Positions 30,536-40,097 of a stretch of DNA of 64,000 bases are shown piece after piece (position 1 is the stretch's first letter; each line of letters opens with the position of its first letter). The stretch is taken from contig CAVSGM010000009.1 in assembly GCA_963727485.1 (NCBI GenBank), positions 64,001 through 128,000 of the forward strand, in the 5' to 3' direction. The DNA is from an uncultured delta proteobacterium (lineage in GTDB: Bacteria > Myxococcota > Myxococcia > SLRQ01). A model generated the notes under the pieces. That model was not told where the DNA came from. It was given only the letters and a program-made list of their open reading frames with translations, and did no database searches. The position numbers were made by a program, and so were the translations under genes.

Positions 30536-31744
30536 CTAGGTGGCGGGGGGCGCCGGCGCAAGGCGCCGCTGGACCAGGCGCTCGAGGGCCTGGGGCACGC
30601 GCTGGGCGAGGACCAGGAGATCGCCGATGTCCGTGGTGACGTAGGCCCCGTCGCCCCCGTCGAGGTAGATCCCGAAGACCACCCGGCCCCGGTAGTGGAC
30701 CGGGAACAGGCCCGCCGTCAGGGGCCGGGCGCCGCCGAGGGTCTTGAGGAAGCGCCGGTGGACCGGGTGGTCGGCCAGCGGCCCCAGGAAGTGGCCCCCG
30801 GTGTCCGAGACCAGGCCGAAGCAGGTCCCGGGCTCGGCGGGGGCGACCAGGGTGGCGAGGCGCGCCGGGACGATGCCCGCGCCGCCGCCGACCCAGCCGG
30901 TCCACACCCGGGCCTGGTGGAGGAGCACCGCCACCCGCTCGCCCTTGGAGCGGGCGAAGGCCACGAGGACCTCGCCCACCTCCCGGCGCCCGGTGGCGGC
31001 GTCGAGGCGGCGCAGGGCCTCGGCGAGATCGGCGATGGGGGGCGGGGCCTCGGACAGCTCGTGCTCGGCCCCGAGCTCCAGGACCTCCCCGCCGGCCTCC
31101 CCGGGCCACTCCGGCGCCGGCGGCGCGTCGGCCCCGGGCTCCCGGGCGTAGAGGGCCTCGAAGGAGGCCTCGGAGATGAGGTCCTCGGCGGGCCCGGCCT
31201 CGGCGGCGCTGGTCGCCTGCTTCAGGTGGTGGGCCCGGCGCTGGTCCACCAGCTCGAAGCGGGCCTGCCGGGGGAGCTGGTAGAGCTGCCCCAGGAGGCG
31301 CTCCAGGGGCACCTCCCCGAGGAAGTGGGGGACGACCCGGGCCCGGGTCGTCCGGGCGACGCCCTCGAGGGCCTTGAGGTCCCAGGGCTCGCAGGTGGCC
31401 ACCTGGAGGGTCCGGTCGTCGCCGGCGAAGGGGATGAGCCGGAGCCGGGCCACCAGGCCCCGGGGCAGGCGCGCGAGGACCTCCCGGGGCGCCGCCGCCA
31501 CCGCCCGGGGGTCGGCGGGCGGGAGGCCCAGGAGGGTCGAGGCGAGGCGGGTGAGGACCCGGCCGTCGGCCCGGCCCAGCTCGTAGAGGGCCGTGGCCAG
31601 GTGGCCCCCGAGGACCACCTGCTGGCCCAGGGCGGCGTCGAGATTGGCCGGGGTGACCTGCCCCTCGTCGAGGAGGGCCTGGGCCAGCCTGGCCTCGAAG
31701 CGCTCCCGGAGCGCCTGGGTCGGGTCGCCGGCGAGAGGGATCAT
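30536..31744 (-). CDS. MshEN/T2SSE_N-domain protein without an ATPase domain, with a C-terminal GAF-like region
   Basis: RLAQALLDEGQVTPANLDAALGQQ..GGHLATALYELG; LPRGLVARLRLIPF..LQVATCEP; no Walker motifs. Confidence 0.7.
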   Translation of the reverse strand: MIPLAGDPTQALRERFEARLAQALLDEGQVTPANLDAALGQQVVLGGHLATALYELGRADGRVLTRLASTLLGLPPADPRAVAAAPREVLARLPRGLVARLRLIPFAGDDRTLQVATCEPWDLKALEGVARTTRARVVPHFLGEVPLERLLGQLYQLPRQARFELVDQRRAHHLKQATSAAEAGPAEDLISEASFEALYAREPGADAPPAPEWPGEAGGEVLELGAEHELSEAPPPIADLAEALRRLDAATGRREVGEVLVAFARSKGERVAVLLHQARVWTGWVGGGAGIVPARLATLVAPAEPGTCFGLVSDTGGHFLGPLADHPVHRRFLKTLGGARPLTAGLFPVHYRGRVVFGIYLDGGDGAYVTTDIGDLLVLAQRVPQALERLVQRRLAPAPPAT

Positions 31745-31782
31745 CGGTTCCAGGATAGACGCTCCCCGGGGGCCGGGGTAAC

Positions 31783-31814
31783 CAAAGAAAAAGGCCCCGG
31801 TCTCCCGGGGCCTT
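31783..31814 (-). terminator. Intrinsic terminator after the Phi-1-like gene
   Basis: 10-bp stem AAGGCCCCGG (31791-31800)/CCGGGGCCTT (31805-31814), 4-nt loop, T-rich tail on the minus strand. Confidence 0.8.
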
Positions 31815-31837
31815 CTTCGTTCACGACTGGCGAAGCG

Positions 31838-32779
31838 CTAGTACGACAGGGCGCAGTAGCCGCCGGCCGCGTTCACCCAGTTCTGCTGGATGAGGTAGTC
31901 CATGCCGCCGAGGTTCATGTTGGCGCTGGCGCCATTGGCGGTGGTGTACTCGGTCCCGAAGGTCCAGGCGCACTTGTCGGCGTTCTCGGAGCCGCGCTTG
32001 TCGTACCAGGCGTTGAGGTCGGGGTCGCTGGTGGCCTCCTCGAACTCGTGGGCGATGATCGAGGCCATGCCGTCGGCGCCGGCGTTGCCGTTGGGGCCGG
32101 TGGTCTGGGCGGCGCAGGACGAGGGGCACTGGTCGGGGTTGCCGATGAAGGCGTACTTGATGTCCGAGCCCGAGATGGTGCCGTGGGTGTGCCAGCCGCA
32201 GTACTTGCTGCAGAAGCCGCTGGTCTCGGTCACGTCGGCCGAGGTCAGGACCATGTAGAGGCCGCTGGTGTCCATGGGCAGGGCGCCGCTGGAGATGGCG
32301 CTGGAGACGATGGTCTGGATGTTGGCATCCGACAGCGCGGTGCCCTGGGAGTAGCTGTCCGTGGTGGACCCGGCCAGGGTGGCGGCGTTCGAGATGTGGT
32401 CGCTCGAGCCGTCGTAGTAGGTGGTGTTGATGTTGTAGTACGGCGACCCGCCGATGTTGTTGGCGAGGTTGTCGAGGATGGTCGGGGCGCTGTTGCCGGA
32501 CCAGTTGCCGTACCAGATGTAGTAGATGTGGGTGGTCCCGAGCATCACCGGGCCGCCGTGGTAGTCGATGCCGTTGCTGGCGGTGTGGTGGCCACCGCCA
32601 CCGCCGCCGCCGCCGTGGGCGCCGCCCTTCTGCCAACCGCGGACGTGGTCCTTGCCGTTGGGGGCGAGCTCGCTGTGGATGGCCTGACCATTGGTGCCGA
32701 GCTGGGCGGGCATCTCGGCGGTCCCGCCGCAGGCTGCGACGAGGGCGCCGGCGGCGACGATGAGGAGGGTATTGCGCAT
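31838..32779 (-). CDS. Lipoprotein of the phosphate-induced protein 1 (PHI-1/EXORDIUM)-like family
   Basis: Lipobox VAAC; YHGGPVM..IYYIWYGNW; FCSKYCGWH; PNGNAGADGMASIIAHEFEEATSDP..NAWY; ENADKC; YLIQQNW. Confidence 0.82.
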   Translation of the reverse strand: MRNTLLIVAAGALVAACGGTAEMPAQLGTNGQAIHSELAPNGKDHVRGWQKGGAHGGGGGGGGHHTASNGIDYHGGPVMLGTTHIYYIWYGNWSGNSAPTILDNLANNIGGSPYYNINTTYYDGSSDHISNAATLAGSTTDSYSQGTALSDANIQTIVSSAISSGALPMDTSGLYMVLTSADVTETSGFCSKYCGWHTHGTISGSDIKYAFIGNPDQCPSSCAAQTTGPNGNAGADGMASIIAHEFEEATSDPDLNAWYDKRGSENADKCAWTFGTEYTTANGASANMNLGGMDYLIQQNWVNAAGGYCALSY

Positions 32780-32996
32780 AGGTTGCTCCCGGTGAGTGGG
32801 TAGATAGGTCGACACGTGGCTTGTAGCCAAGCTTCGGGTCACTCGGCAACGCAAGACGGCCCCGAAGCCCCGGAATTACATCCCTGTAAGGTGACCTGAT
32901 TCAGGACAGGGTGAGCGGACATGCACACGCCACACCCCAACCCCCGGCAGCTTTTTGGGGGTGGTCCCTCCCCGGGGGATGCCTAGCATGGGTTCC

Positions 32997-33350
32997 ATGA
33001 ACCGACGCCAATTCCTCTTGCGGGCCGGGGGTCTGCTGGTGACCCTGCCCGCCGCCAGCGCCCTCGCCCAGGGCTCCGGCCGGGGCCAGAGCGCGCCCCG
33101 GCTCCTCGTCTTCACCTCCACCGTCACCGGGGACCACGACCACACCGTGAGCCTCGGCCGCTGGACCCTGGCGCACCCGCCTGCGATGGGGGTCTCCGGG
33201 AAGACCTCCGAGAACAGCCACCATCAGCACGAGGTCTTCCTCAGCGCCGACGACCTGGCCGGGCTCAGGGCCGGGAAGACGGTGATCCGCCAGACCACCA
33301 CGGTGGTCGGCCACCACCACGAGTTCCTGTTCCGCCTCCCGGCGGCCTAG
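32997..33350 (+). CDS. Small Tat-exported His-rich putative metal-binding protein
   Basis: MNRRQFLL twin-arginine signal with an ALA cleavage site; three HxH motifs (DHDH, HHQH, GHHH). Confidence 0.72.
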   Translation: MNRRQFLLRAGGLLVTLPAASALAQGSGRGQSAPRLLVFTSTVTGDHDHTVSLGRWTLAHPPAMGVSGKTSENSHHQHEVFLSADDLAGLRAGKTVIRQTTTVVGHHHEFLFRLPAA

Positions 33351-33351
33351 A

Positions 33352-35574
33352 CTAGAGCGACGCGATCCAGTCGGCGAGGGCCGCCGCCCCGGCGGGCGGG
33401 GGCACCCCGGCGCCGAGGGCGTCGAGGGCCCCGGCCGCGGGCCCGGGATCGGCCCCGGCCTCGGCCCAGGCGAGGATCCGGCCCACGTCCGGGCGCGCGT
33501 CCGCCGGCGGCGGCGTCGCCACCCGGAGGGCGTCGGCACCGGCGACCAGCACCACGGCCCGGCGATCCACCACCCGGGCCCGGGTGGGACGCAGGGGCCC
33601 CGGGTGGTCCACCAGGGCCCGGGCCACGTCGGCGGCGAGGCGCAGGGCCAGGGGCCTCGGTGGCCTCGCCCCGAGGACCTCGGCGAGGGGGCGACCCTCG
33701 ACGAAGGCCCAGACCACCAGGTCCCCGTCGGCCTCGAGGTCGAGGAGCGCCTGGAGGTTGGGGTTCCCCGCCCGGGCCAGGGCGCCGAGGCGGGCCCGGT
33801 AGGCCTCGGGATCGGCGTCGGGGATCCGCTCGAGGACCACGTGCCGGGGAATCAGCGTGTCCCGGGCCAGGGCCACCCGGTCGCCGAGGGGGCGCACCAC
33901 CGACCACCGCCCCGAGGGCGCCGAGCGCGGCGCCCCGGGGCCCACCGGCACCGCGCCCTCCCCCATCGCCGACGCCGAGGCGACCCCGGTCGGCGAGGGG
34001 CCCGTGGCCGCCGCCGACGGCCCCGCGGGCAGGGGCAGGGCCTCGAGGGCGGCGGCGAAGGCGTCGGCGTCGGGGAAGCGGCCGGCCGGGTCCACCGCCA
34101 GGGCCCGGGCGAAGAAGGCGTCGACCTCGGCGCCGAGGCCCGGGACCCGGGCCGACGGAGGCGCCGCCCCCCGGGCCTGGGCGGCGATCACGTCGGGCCC
34201 GGCGAAGGGCAGCTCGCCCACCGCCGCCCGGTAGAGGGTGGCGGCGAGGCCGAAGAGATCCGACGGCCCCCCGAGGGCGTCCCCGGCGAGCTGCTCCGGG
34301 GACATGTAGGCCATGGTCCCGAGGAGGGCCCCGGTGACCGTCTGCTGGAACGAGAGGAGGTGGGCGGCCCCGAAGTCGCAGAGGTGGGCCCGGTCGGCGC
34401 CGTCGAAGAGGATGTTCTCGGGCTTCACGTCCCGGTGGAGGATCCCCCGGCGGTGGGCGGCGCCGAGGGCCCCGGCGATGGCCACCCCCAGGGCCCGGAC
34501 CTCGGCGAAGGGCAGGCGCCGGCCCCCGCGCACCCGCTGTGCCAGGGTGCCGCCGGGGAGGAAGGCCATGGCCAGGTAGCCCCGGGCCGGGTCGGCGTCG
34601 ACGATGCGCACCAGGCTGGGGTGGGACAGGGCCCGGGCGATCCGCGCCTCCCGGAAGAACCGGTCCACCGCGTCGCCGGTGGCCGAGCCCCGGGCGAGGA
34701 GCTTGAGGGCCACCCGGTCCCCGGTGGCGAGCTCGGTGGCGAGGTAGACCTGTCCGGCCCCGCCGGCGCCGAGGAGCCGCTCGAGGCGGTAGCGCCCGGC
34801 CACCGTGCGCCCGGCCTCGGTCTCCTCGCCGGTCTCCTGGAGGTCCTGGGCCAGGCGCGCCAGGAAGGTGCGGTGGTCCGCCGGGGGATCCGGGAGGGTC
34901 GGCGCCAGCTCGGCCCACACCGCCTCGCACGCCGCCGGGTAGCCGAGGGCGGCGAAGGCCTGGAGACGGAGGACCTGGGCCGCCTGGCCCCGGGCCCCGC
35001 CCCGCCGGGCCACCGCCTGGGCGAGGCGGCCGGCGTCCTCGGGGCGGCCGAGGCGCAGCTCGACCCGGGCCAGGGCCAACGCCGCCGCGTCCACCTCCGC
35101 CACCGGGGCCACGCCCCGGATCCCCGCGAGGTGGGCCTCGAGGGCCTCGGCGGCCTCCCGGGGCCGGCCGAGGAAGGTGAGCAGCCTCGCCGCCGCGCGG
35201 CGGTCCCCGGCCCGGGCGTAGGCGGCGGCGGCGCCGGCCAGATCCCCGGCGAGCTCCAGGAGGCCCGCGGCGGCGGCGTCCCGGCCCGCGGCGACGCAGT
35301 CGGCGGCGAGCCGGCGCCGCACCGCCCGTCCGTCGGGGGCGCCGTCGAGGGCGCGGCGCCGGTCCTCGGCGGCCGCCTCGAAGTCCCGGGCCAGGAGGTG
35401 GGCCCGGTGGGCCCGGAGCAGGTCGCCGCCGTGGCGGGCGCAGGTGGCCTCCCGCCCGGGCAGGGACAGGCGGGCATAGAGATCGGCGGCCTCGCCGTGG
35501 CGCCCCTCGGCGCAGAGGGCCTCGGCGGCCGGGAGGAGCTCGCCCCGGGCGACGAGCGCGCTCACGTCCGCCAC
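33352..35574 (-). CDS. TPR-like repeats + Ser/Thr kinase + degenerate second kinase-like domain
   Basis: LGAGGAGQVY, VALK, HRDVKPENIL, DFG, GTMAYMSPE; GTG start with GGAGG SD at 35581-35585; overlaps the upstream gene. Confidence 0.85.
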   Translation of the reverse strand: MADVSALVARGELLPAAEALCAEGRHGEAADLYARLSLPGREATCARHGGDLLRAHRAHLLARDFEAAAEDRRRALDGAPDGRAVRRRLAADCVAAGRDAAAAGLLELAGDLAGAAAAYARAGDRRAAARLLTFLGRPREAAEALEAHLAGIRGVAPVAEVDAAALALARVELRLGRPEDAGRLAQAVARRGGARGQAAQVLRLQAFAALGYPAACEAVWAELAPTLPDPPADHRTFLARLAQDLQETGEETEAGRTVAGRYRLERLLGAGGAGQVYLATELATGDRVALKLLARGSATGDAVDRFFREARIARALSHPSLVRIVDADPARGYLAMAFLPGGTLAQRVRGGRRLPFAEVRALGVAIAGALGAAHRRGILHRDVKPENILFDGADRAHLCDFGAAHLLSFQQTVTGALLGTMAYMSPEQLAGDALGGPSDLFGLAATLYRAAVGELPFAGPDVIAAQARGAAPPSARVPGLGAEVDAFFARALAVDPAGRFPDADAFAAALEALPLPAGPSAAATGPSPTGVASASAMGEGAVPVGPGAPRSAPSGRWSVVRPLGDRVALARDTLIPRHVVLERIPDADPEAYRARLGALARAGNPNLQALLDLEADGDLVVWAFVEGRPLAEVLGARPPRPLALRLAADVARALVDHPGPLRPTRARVVDRRAVVLVAGADALRVATPPPADARPDVGRILAWAEAGADPGPAAGALDALGAGVPPPAGAAALADWIASL

Positions 35575-37421
35575 GTCGGCCCTCCGAGGTTCCGGGCCAC
35601 CCGCCGGGCCTCCAGGCGCGTGGCCACCCGCTCGAGGAAGCGGTGCACCGGCCCCGGGGGCTCGGCGGCGAGGTGGCGCTCGAGGACCGGCAGGCCCGGC
35701 TCCGAGACGTTGGCCGAGATGGCGACCCCCAGGTCGTCGGCGAGGGCCGGGTCCACCCCCTCCCGGAGGGTGTGGAGGAGGAAGTCGAGGGCGTCGCGGC
35801 TGGGGCCGGCGCGGTCCATGCCCACCACCCGGCCCAGGGCGAGGAGGGCCTCCCGGCGCACCGCCAGGTCGGCGTGGTCGCGGTAGAGCCGGACCAGGGG
35901 CCCGAAGGCCCCGGGGAAGGCGAGGTAGCGCAGCGCCCCCACCGCCGCCTCCCGGACCTCCGGCGACGGGTCCTCCACCGCCCGGTCCACCAGCTCCAGG
36001 CTCCCCCGGAAGGGCAGGAAGCGCAGGGACCTGGCCACCGCCGCCCGGAGCGCCGGGTCCGGGTCGTCGAAGGCCCGGGCGAGGGGTGGCAGGGCCAGCG
36101 GCGTCCCGAGGCGGCCGAGCTCGGCGATGCGGTCCGCCCGGCCATCGGGCCCCTCGTCGCCCCCCGCCGCCCGCCCCAGGCAGATGACCAGGCACCGCCG
36201 CCGGACCACGTCCCAGTGGCGCGGATCGCCCACGGCGTCGGGGACCGGGCTCAAGGGGTCGGCGGCGGCGTCGGCGGCGGTGGCGTCGGTGCGCCAGGTG
36301 TCCGGGTAGGCGGTGTCGTCGGTGAAGTACCCATTGAACGCCCAGACCGCCGGGCGGGCCGGGCCGTCGGGGGCCCGCTCGGCGAGGCGGGCGTAGCGTT
36401 CACGCCGACCCTCGCCCAGGGGCAGGGCCGCCAGCCGGGCGTAGGTGGCCTTCACGGCCCCGGCGTCCCCCCGGCGGTTGTGGCAGTCGAGGGCGGCGAG
36501 GTGGGCGTTCTCGGCGAGCTCGGTGGCCCCGAGGGCCAGGTGCCCCTCGGCGGTGGCGGTGAAGGCGTCGGCGGCCCGGGCGAGGAAGGCGTCGGCGTAG
36601 AGCATCCCGCCCTGCCGGCACCAGCCGCTGGCCTCCCGGAGGACCTCGGCCGCCGCCTGGGTCTCGCCCATCTCCAGGGAGGCCTCGGCCAGGTCGTGGA
36701 AGTACTGGAGGGCGAGGAACCGGTGCCCCCGGTCCCGCATGTAGCGGATGCAGTTGAGGAAGCCCTCGGCGAGGTTCTCGTGGGAGCCGGTCTTGCGGCC
36801 CACGTGGATGAGGGCGTGGTAGCAGGAGAGCGCCCGCTGCCCCTCCCCGGCGCGCTCGGCCCGGTCGGCCTCCTCCTCGAGGAGGACGATGGCCCGGGAC
36901 AGGCGCCGGGCGTCCACCCGGCCACCGGCGTCGTCGGCGCCGGAGAGGGCCTCGTTGAGGAGGGCCAGGGCGGTGAGGTAGGCGTCGCCGGCGGCCTCGA
37001 AGCCCTCGGCGGCCCGGTGCCACGCCTGCCCCGCCCTCCCCGCCTCCCCGGCGGCCTCCCAGGCGGCGGCGGCCCGGGCGTAGGCGCCCACCGCCTCGAA
37101 GGCCTCGGCGGCCGAGCCGTGGCGCCCCGCCCGGGCCAGACACCGGGCGGCGTCGGCGCCGCGCCCGGCCTGCACCCAGGCGGCGTGGGCCCCCACGGGA
37201 TCGAGGAGGTACTCCCGCGCCACGGCGGCCATCGCCGGGTGGCCCGAGGCCTCGGCGGCGTCGGCGAGGGCCAGGAGCCACCCGTCGTAGACCGGGTCGG
37301 CGTGGTGGAGGTCCGCGAGGAGGCTGCGCCAGGCGGCGATGGCGGCGTCGAGGTCGCCGGCCTCGAGGGCGGTGGTGGCGGTGGCCTCCAGGCGTCGGGT
37401 GTCCTCGAGGCTCGGGATCAC
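35562..37421 (-). CDS. TPR/SNAP-like helical repeat protein with C-terminal HEAT (PBS-lyase-like) repeats
   Basis: AAEAFEAVGAYARAAAAWEAAG repeats; DDPDPALRAAVARSL, EDPSPEVREAAVGAL, DLAVRREALLALG; GTG start overlaps the vWA stop (GTGA). Confidence 0.8.
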   Translation of the reverse strand: MIPSLEDTRRLEATATTALEAGDLDAAIAAWRSLLADLHHADPVYDGWLLALADAAEASGHPAMAAVAREYLLDPVGAHAAWVQAGRGADAARCLARAGRHGSAAEAFEAVGAYARAAAAWEAAGEAGRAGQAWHRAAEGFEAAGDAYLTALALLNEALSGADDAGGRVDARRLSRAIVLLEEEADRAERAGEGQRALSCYHALIHVGRKTGSHENLAEGFLNCIRYMRDRGHRFLALQYFHDLAEASLEMGETQAAAEVLREASGWCRQGGMLYADAFLARAADAFTATAEGHLALGATELAENAHLAALDCHNRRGDAGAVKATYARLAALPLGEGRRERYARLAERAPDGPARPAVWAFNGYFTDDTAYPDTWRTDATAADAAADPLSPVPDAVGDPRHWDVVRRRCLVICLGRAAGGDEGPDGRADRIAELGRLGTPLALPPLARAFDDPDPALRAAVARSLRFLPFRGSLELVDRAVEDPSPEVREAAVGALRYLAFPGAFGPLVRLYRDHADLAVRREALLALGRVVGMDRAGPSRDALDFLLHTLREGVDPALADDLGVAISANVSEPGLPVLERHLAAEPPGPVHRFLERVATRLEARRVARNLGGPTWRT

Positions 37422-38902
37422 CGCCCCGCCTCCCGGGCCCTCGACGCCGGAAAGCGGACCCCGTCCCCGCCGGCCAGGGCGCCGACGATGCGCAGGGCCG
37501 CCTGCCGGCGCTGGTGCGCCTCGGCGAGCTCCTCCCGGGTCACCGCCCAGTGGTGGTGGAGCTCCGGGAGGTAGTCGAGGGCCAGGGGCCCGTCGACCAG
37601 GACGTAGATCCCCGAGAGGGTCGCCACCGACGCCAGCTCGGCCACCAGGGACACCGGCAGGTGGCACTGGCCGTGGGTGATGAAGGTGATGCTCGCCTGG
37701 CGCCCGGCGTCCCGGCGCAGGCGCCCGACCTCGTGGAGGAGCGCCTGGAACACCCGCGCGTAGCTGCGCCCGCGCTCCGGGCGGTGGGCCAGGAGGTAGG
37801 GGAGCCGGTGGTCGTGGCCGGTGATGCGCATGGCCTCGTGGAGGCGCGAGTCGAAGAACCGCAGCTGCACCTCCTCGCCGGTGGCGGTGAGCCGGCGGAT
37901 GAGGCCGAGCGCCAGGCCCCGGGCGAAGATGGCCCGGGCCCCGCGCATGGAGGCGCTGCCGTCCACCAGCACCAGGTGGACCCTCCGCTCGTGGTCGGGC
38001 TTGGCCTCCCGGCCGTAGTAGAGGAGCTGGCTCTCGGCGTACTTGTGGGCGAAGACCTCGTCGGGATAGGCGAGCTCGGTGGGCACCAGGTGGTCCGGGT
38101 TCCCCCGCCGGCTCACCCCGGCGACCCCGTCCACCGAGAGCTGCTGGATCCCGCGGCGCCGCCGGGTCTCGTCGAGCTGGGGCAGCAGCTCCAGGGAGAA
38201 GTGGATGACCTCGGCGGCCGCCGGGTCGTCGAGGAGGCGGTAGAGGTCCAGGGCCCCGAGGCCCCCGGCGAGGGACACGTCCCCGGCGAAGATCCCGGCG
38301 AGGCGCAGGGTGTCCACGTCGATGCGCTCGGCGCTGGTGACCACCTGGAAGTGCCGGTCCATGGCGGTGCGCAGGAAGCGGACCCAGGCCTCGGTCCCGG
38401 CCTCGGCGAAGCGGCCCGGGAGATCGTCGAGGTCGTAGGCCCGGGCGTCCACCGGGAGGTCCTGGCCCAGGTGCCCCCGGGCGGCCTGGGGGCCGAGGGC
38501 GTCGAGGACCGGCTCGAGGATCCGGGCCACCAGGGCGGCGACGGCCTCGGGGCCGAGGTCGAGGAACGGCGCCCGGTGGCAGAGCTCGGACCCGGCGAGC
38601 TCCTCGAGGAGCGCCTTCCAGCCCATCACCAGGGGCAGGAGCGGGTGTCCCGGCCCCACCCCGGCGGCCCGGAGGACCTCGGGGTCGGGGCCCAGGCGCG
38701 GGGGCCGCCCGTCGGCGAGGAGGCGGCCGAGGTCGTGGACGAAGACCAGGGGCACGTGGTGGCCGATGCGGTGGACCAGGTTGTGCCACAGGGCGGCCCG
38801 GGCCACCGCGTCGGCGCCGCCCCGCGCCGGGAGCACCGAGAGGACCAGGCCCACCGCGGCCCGCTCCGCCGGGATCGCCGGGGTCGCCGGGGTCGACGCC
38901 AC
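37418..38902 (-). CDS. vWA-domain protein (MoxR partner)
   Basis: GNPDHLVPTELA..FAHKYAESQLLYY pre-vWA segment; VLVDGSASMRG (DxSxS); RFFDS; FITHG. Confidence 0.85.
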   Translation of the reverse strand: MASTPATPAIPAERAAVGLVLSVLPARGGADAVARAALWHNLVHRIGHHVPLVFVHDLGRLLADGRPPRLGPDPEVLRAAGVGPGHPLLPLVMGWKALLEELAGSELCHRAPFLDLGPEAVAALVARILEPVLDALGPQAARGHLGQDLPVDARAYDLDDLPGRFAEAGTEAWVRFLRTAMDRHFQVVTSAERIDVDTLRLAGIFAGDVSLAGGLGALDLYRLLDDPAAAEVIHFSLELLPQLDETRRRRGIQQLSVDGVAGVSRRGNPDHLVPTELAYPDEVFAHKYAESQLLYYGREAKPDHERRVHLVLVDGSASMRGARAIFARGLALGLIRRLTATGEEVQLRFFDSRLHEAMRITGHDHRLPYLLAHRPERGRSYARVFQALLHEVGRLRRDAGRQASITFITHGQCHLPVSLVAELASVATLSGIYVLVDGPLALDYLPELHHHWAVTREELAEAHQRRQAALRIVGALAGGDGVRFPASRAREAGR

Positions 38903-38905
38903 CGC

Positions 38906-40090
<1,185 letters not shown>

Positions 40091-40097
40091 CGGTTCC

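Noticed and set aside
30536..31744. GspE/PilB secretion ATPase
   Set aside because: Only the N-terminal MshEN-like domain is present; there are no Walker A/B motifs.
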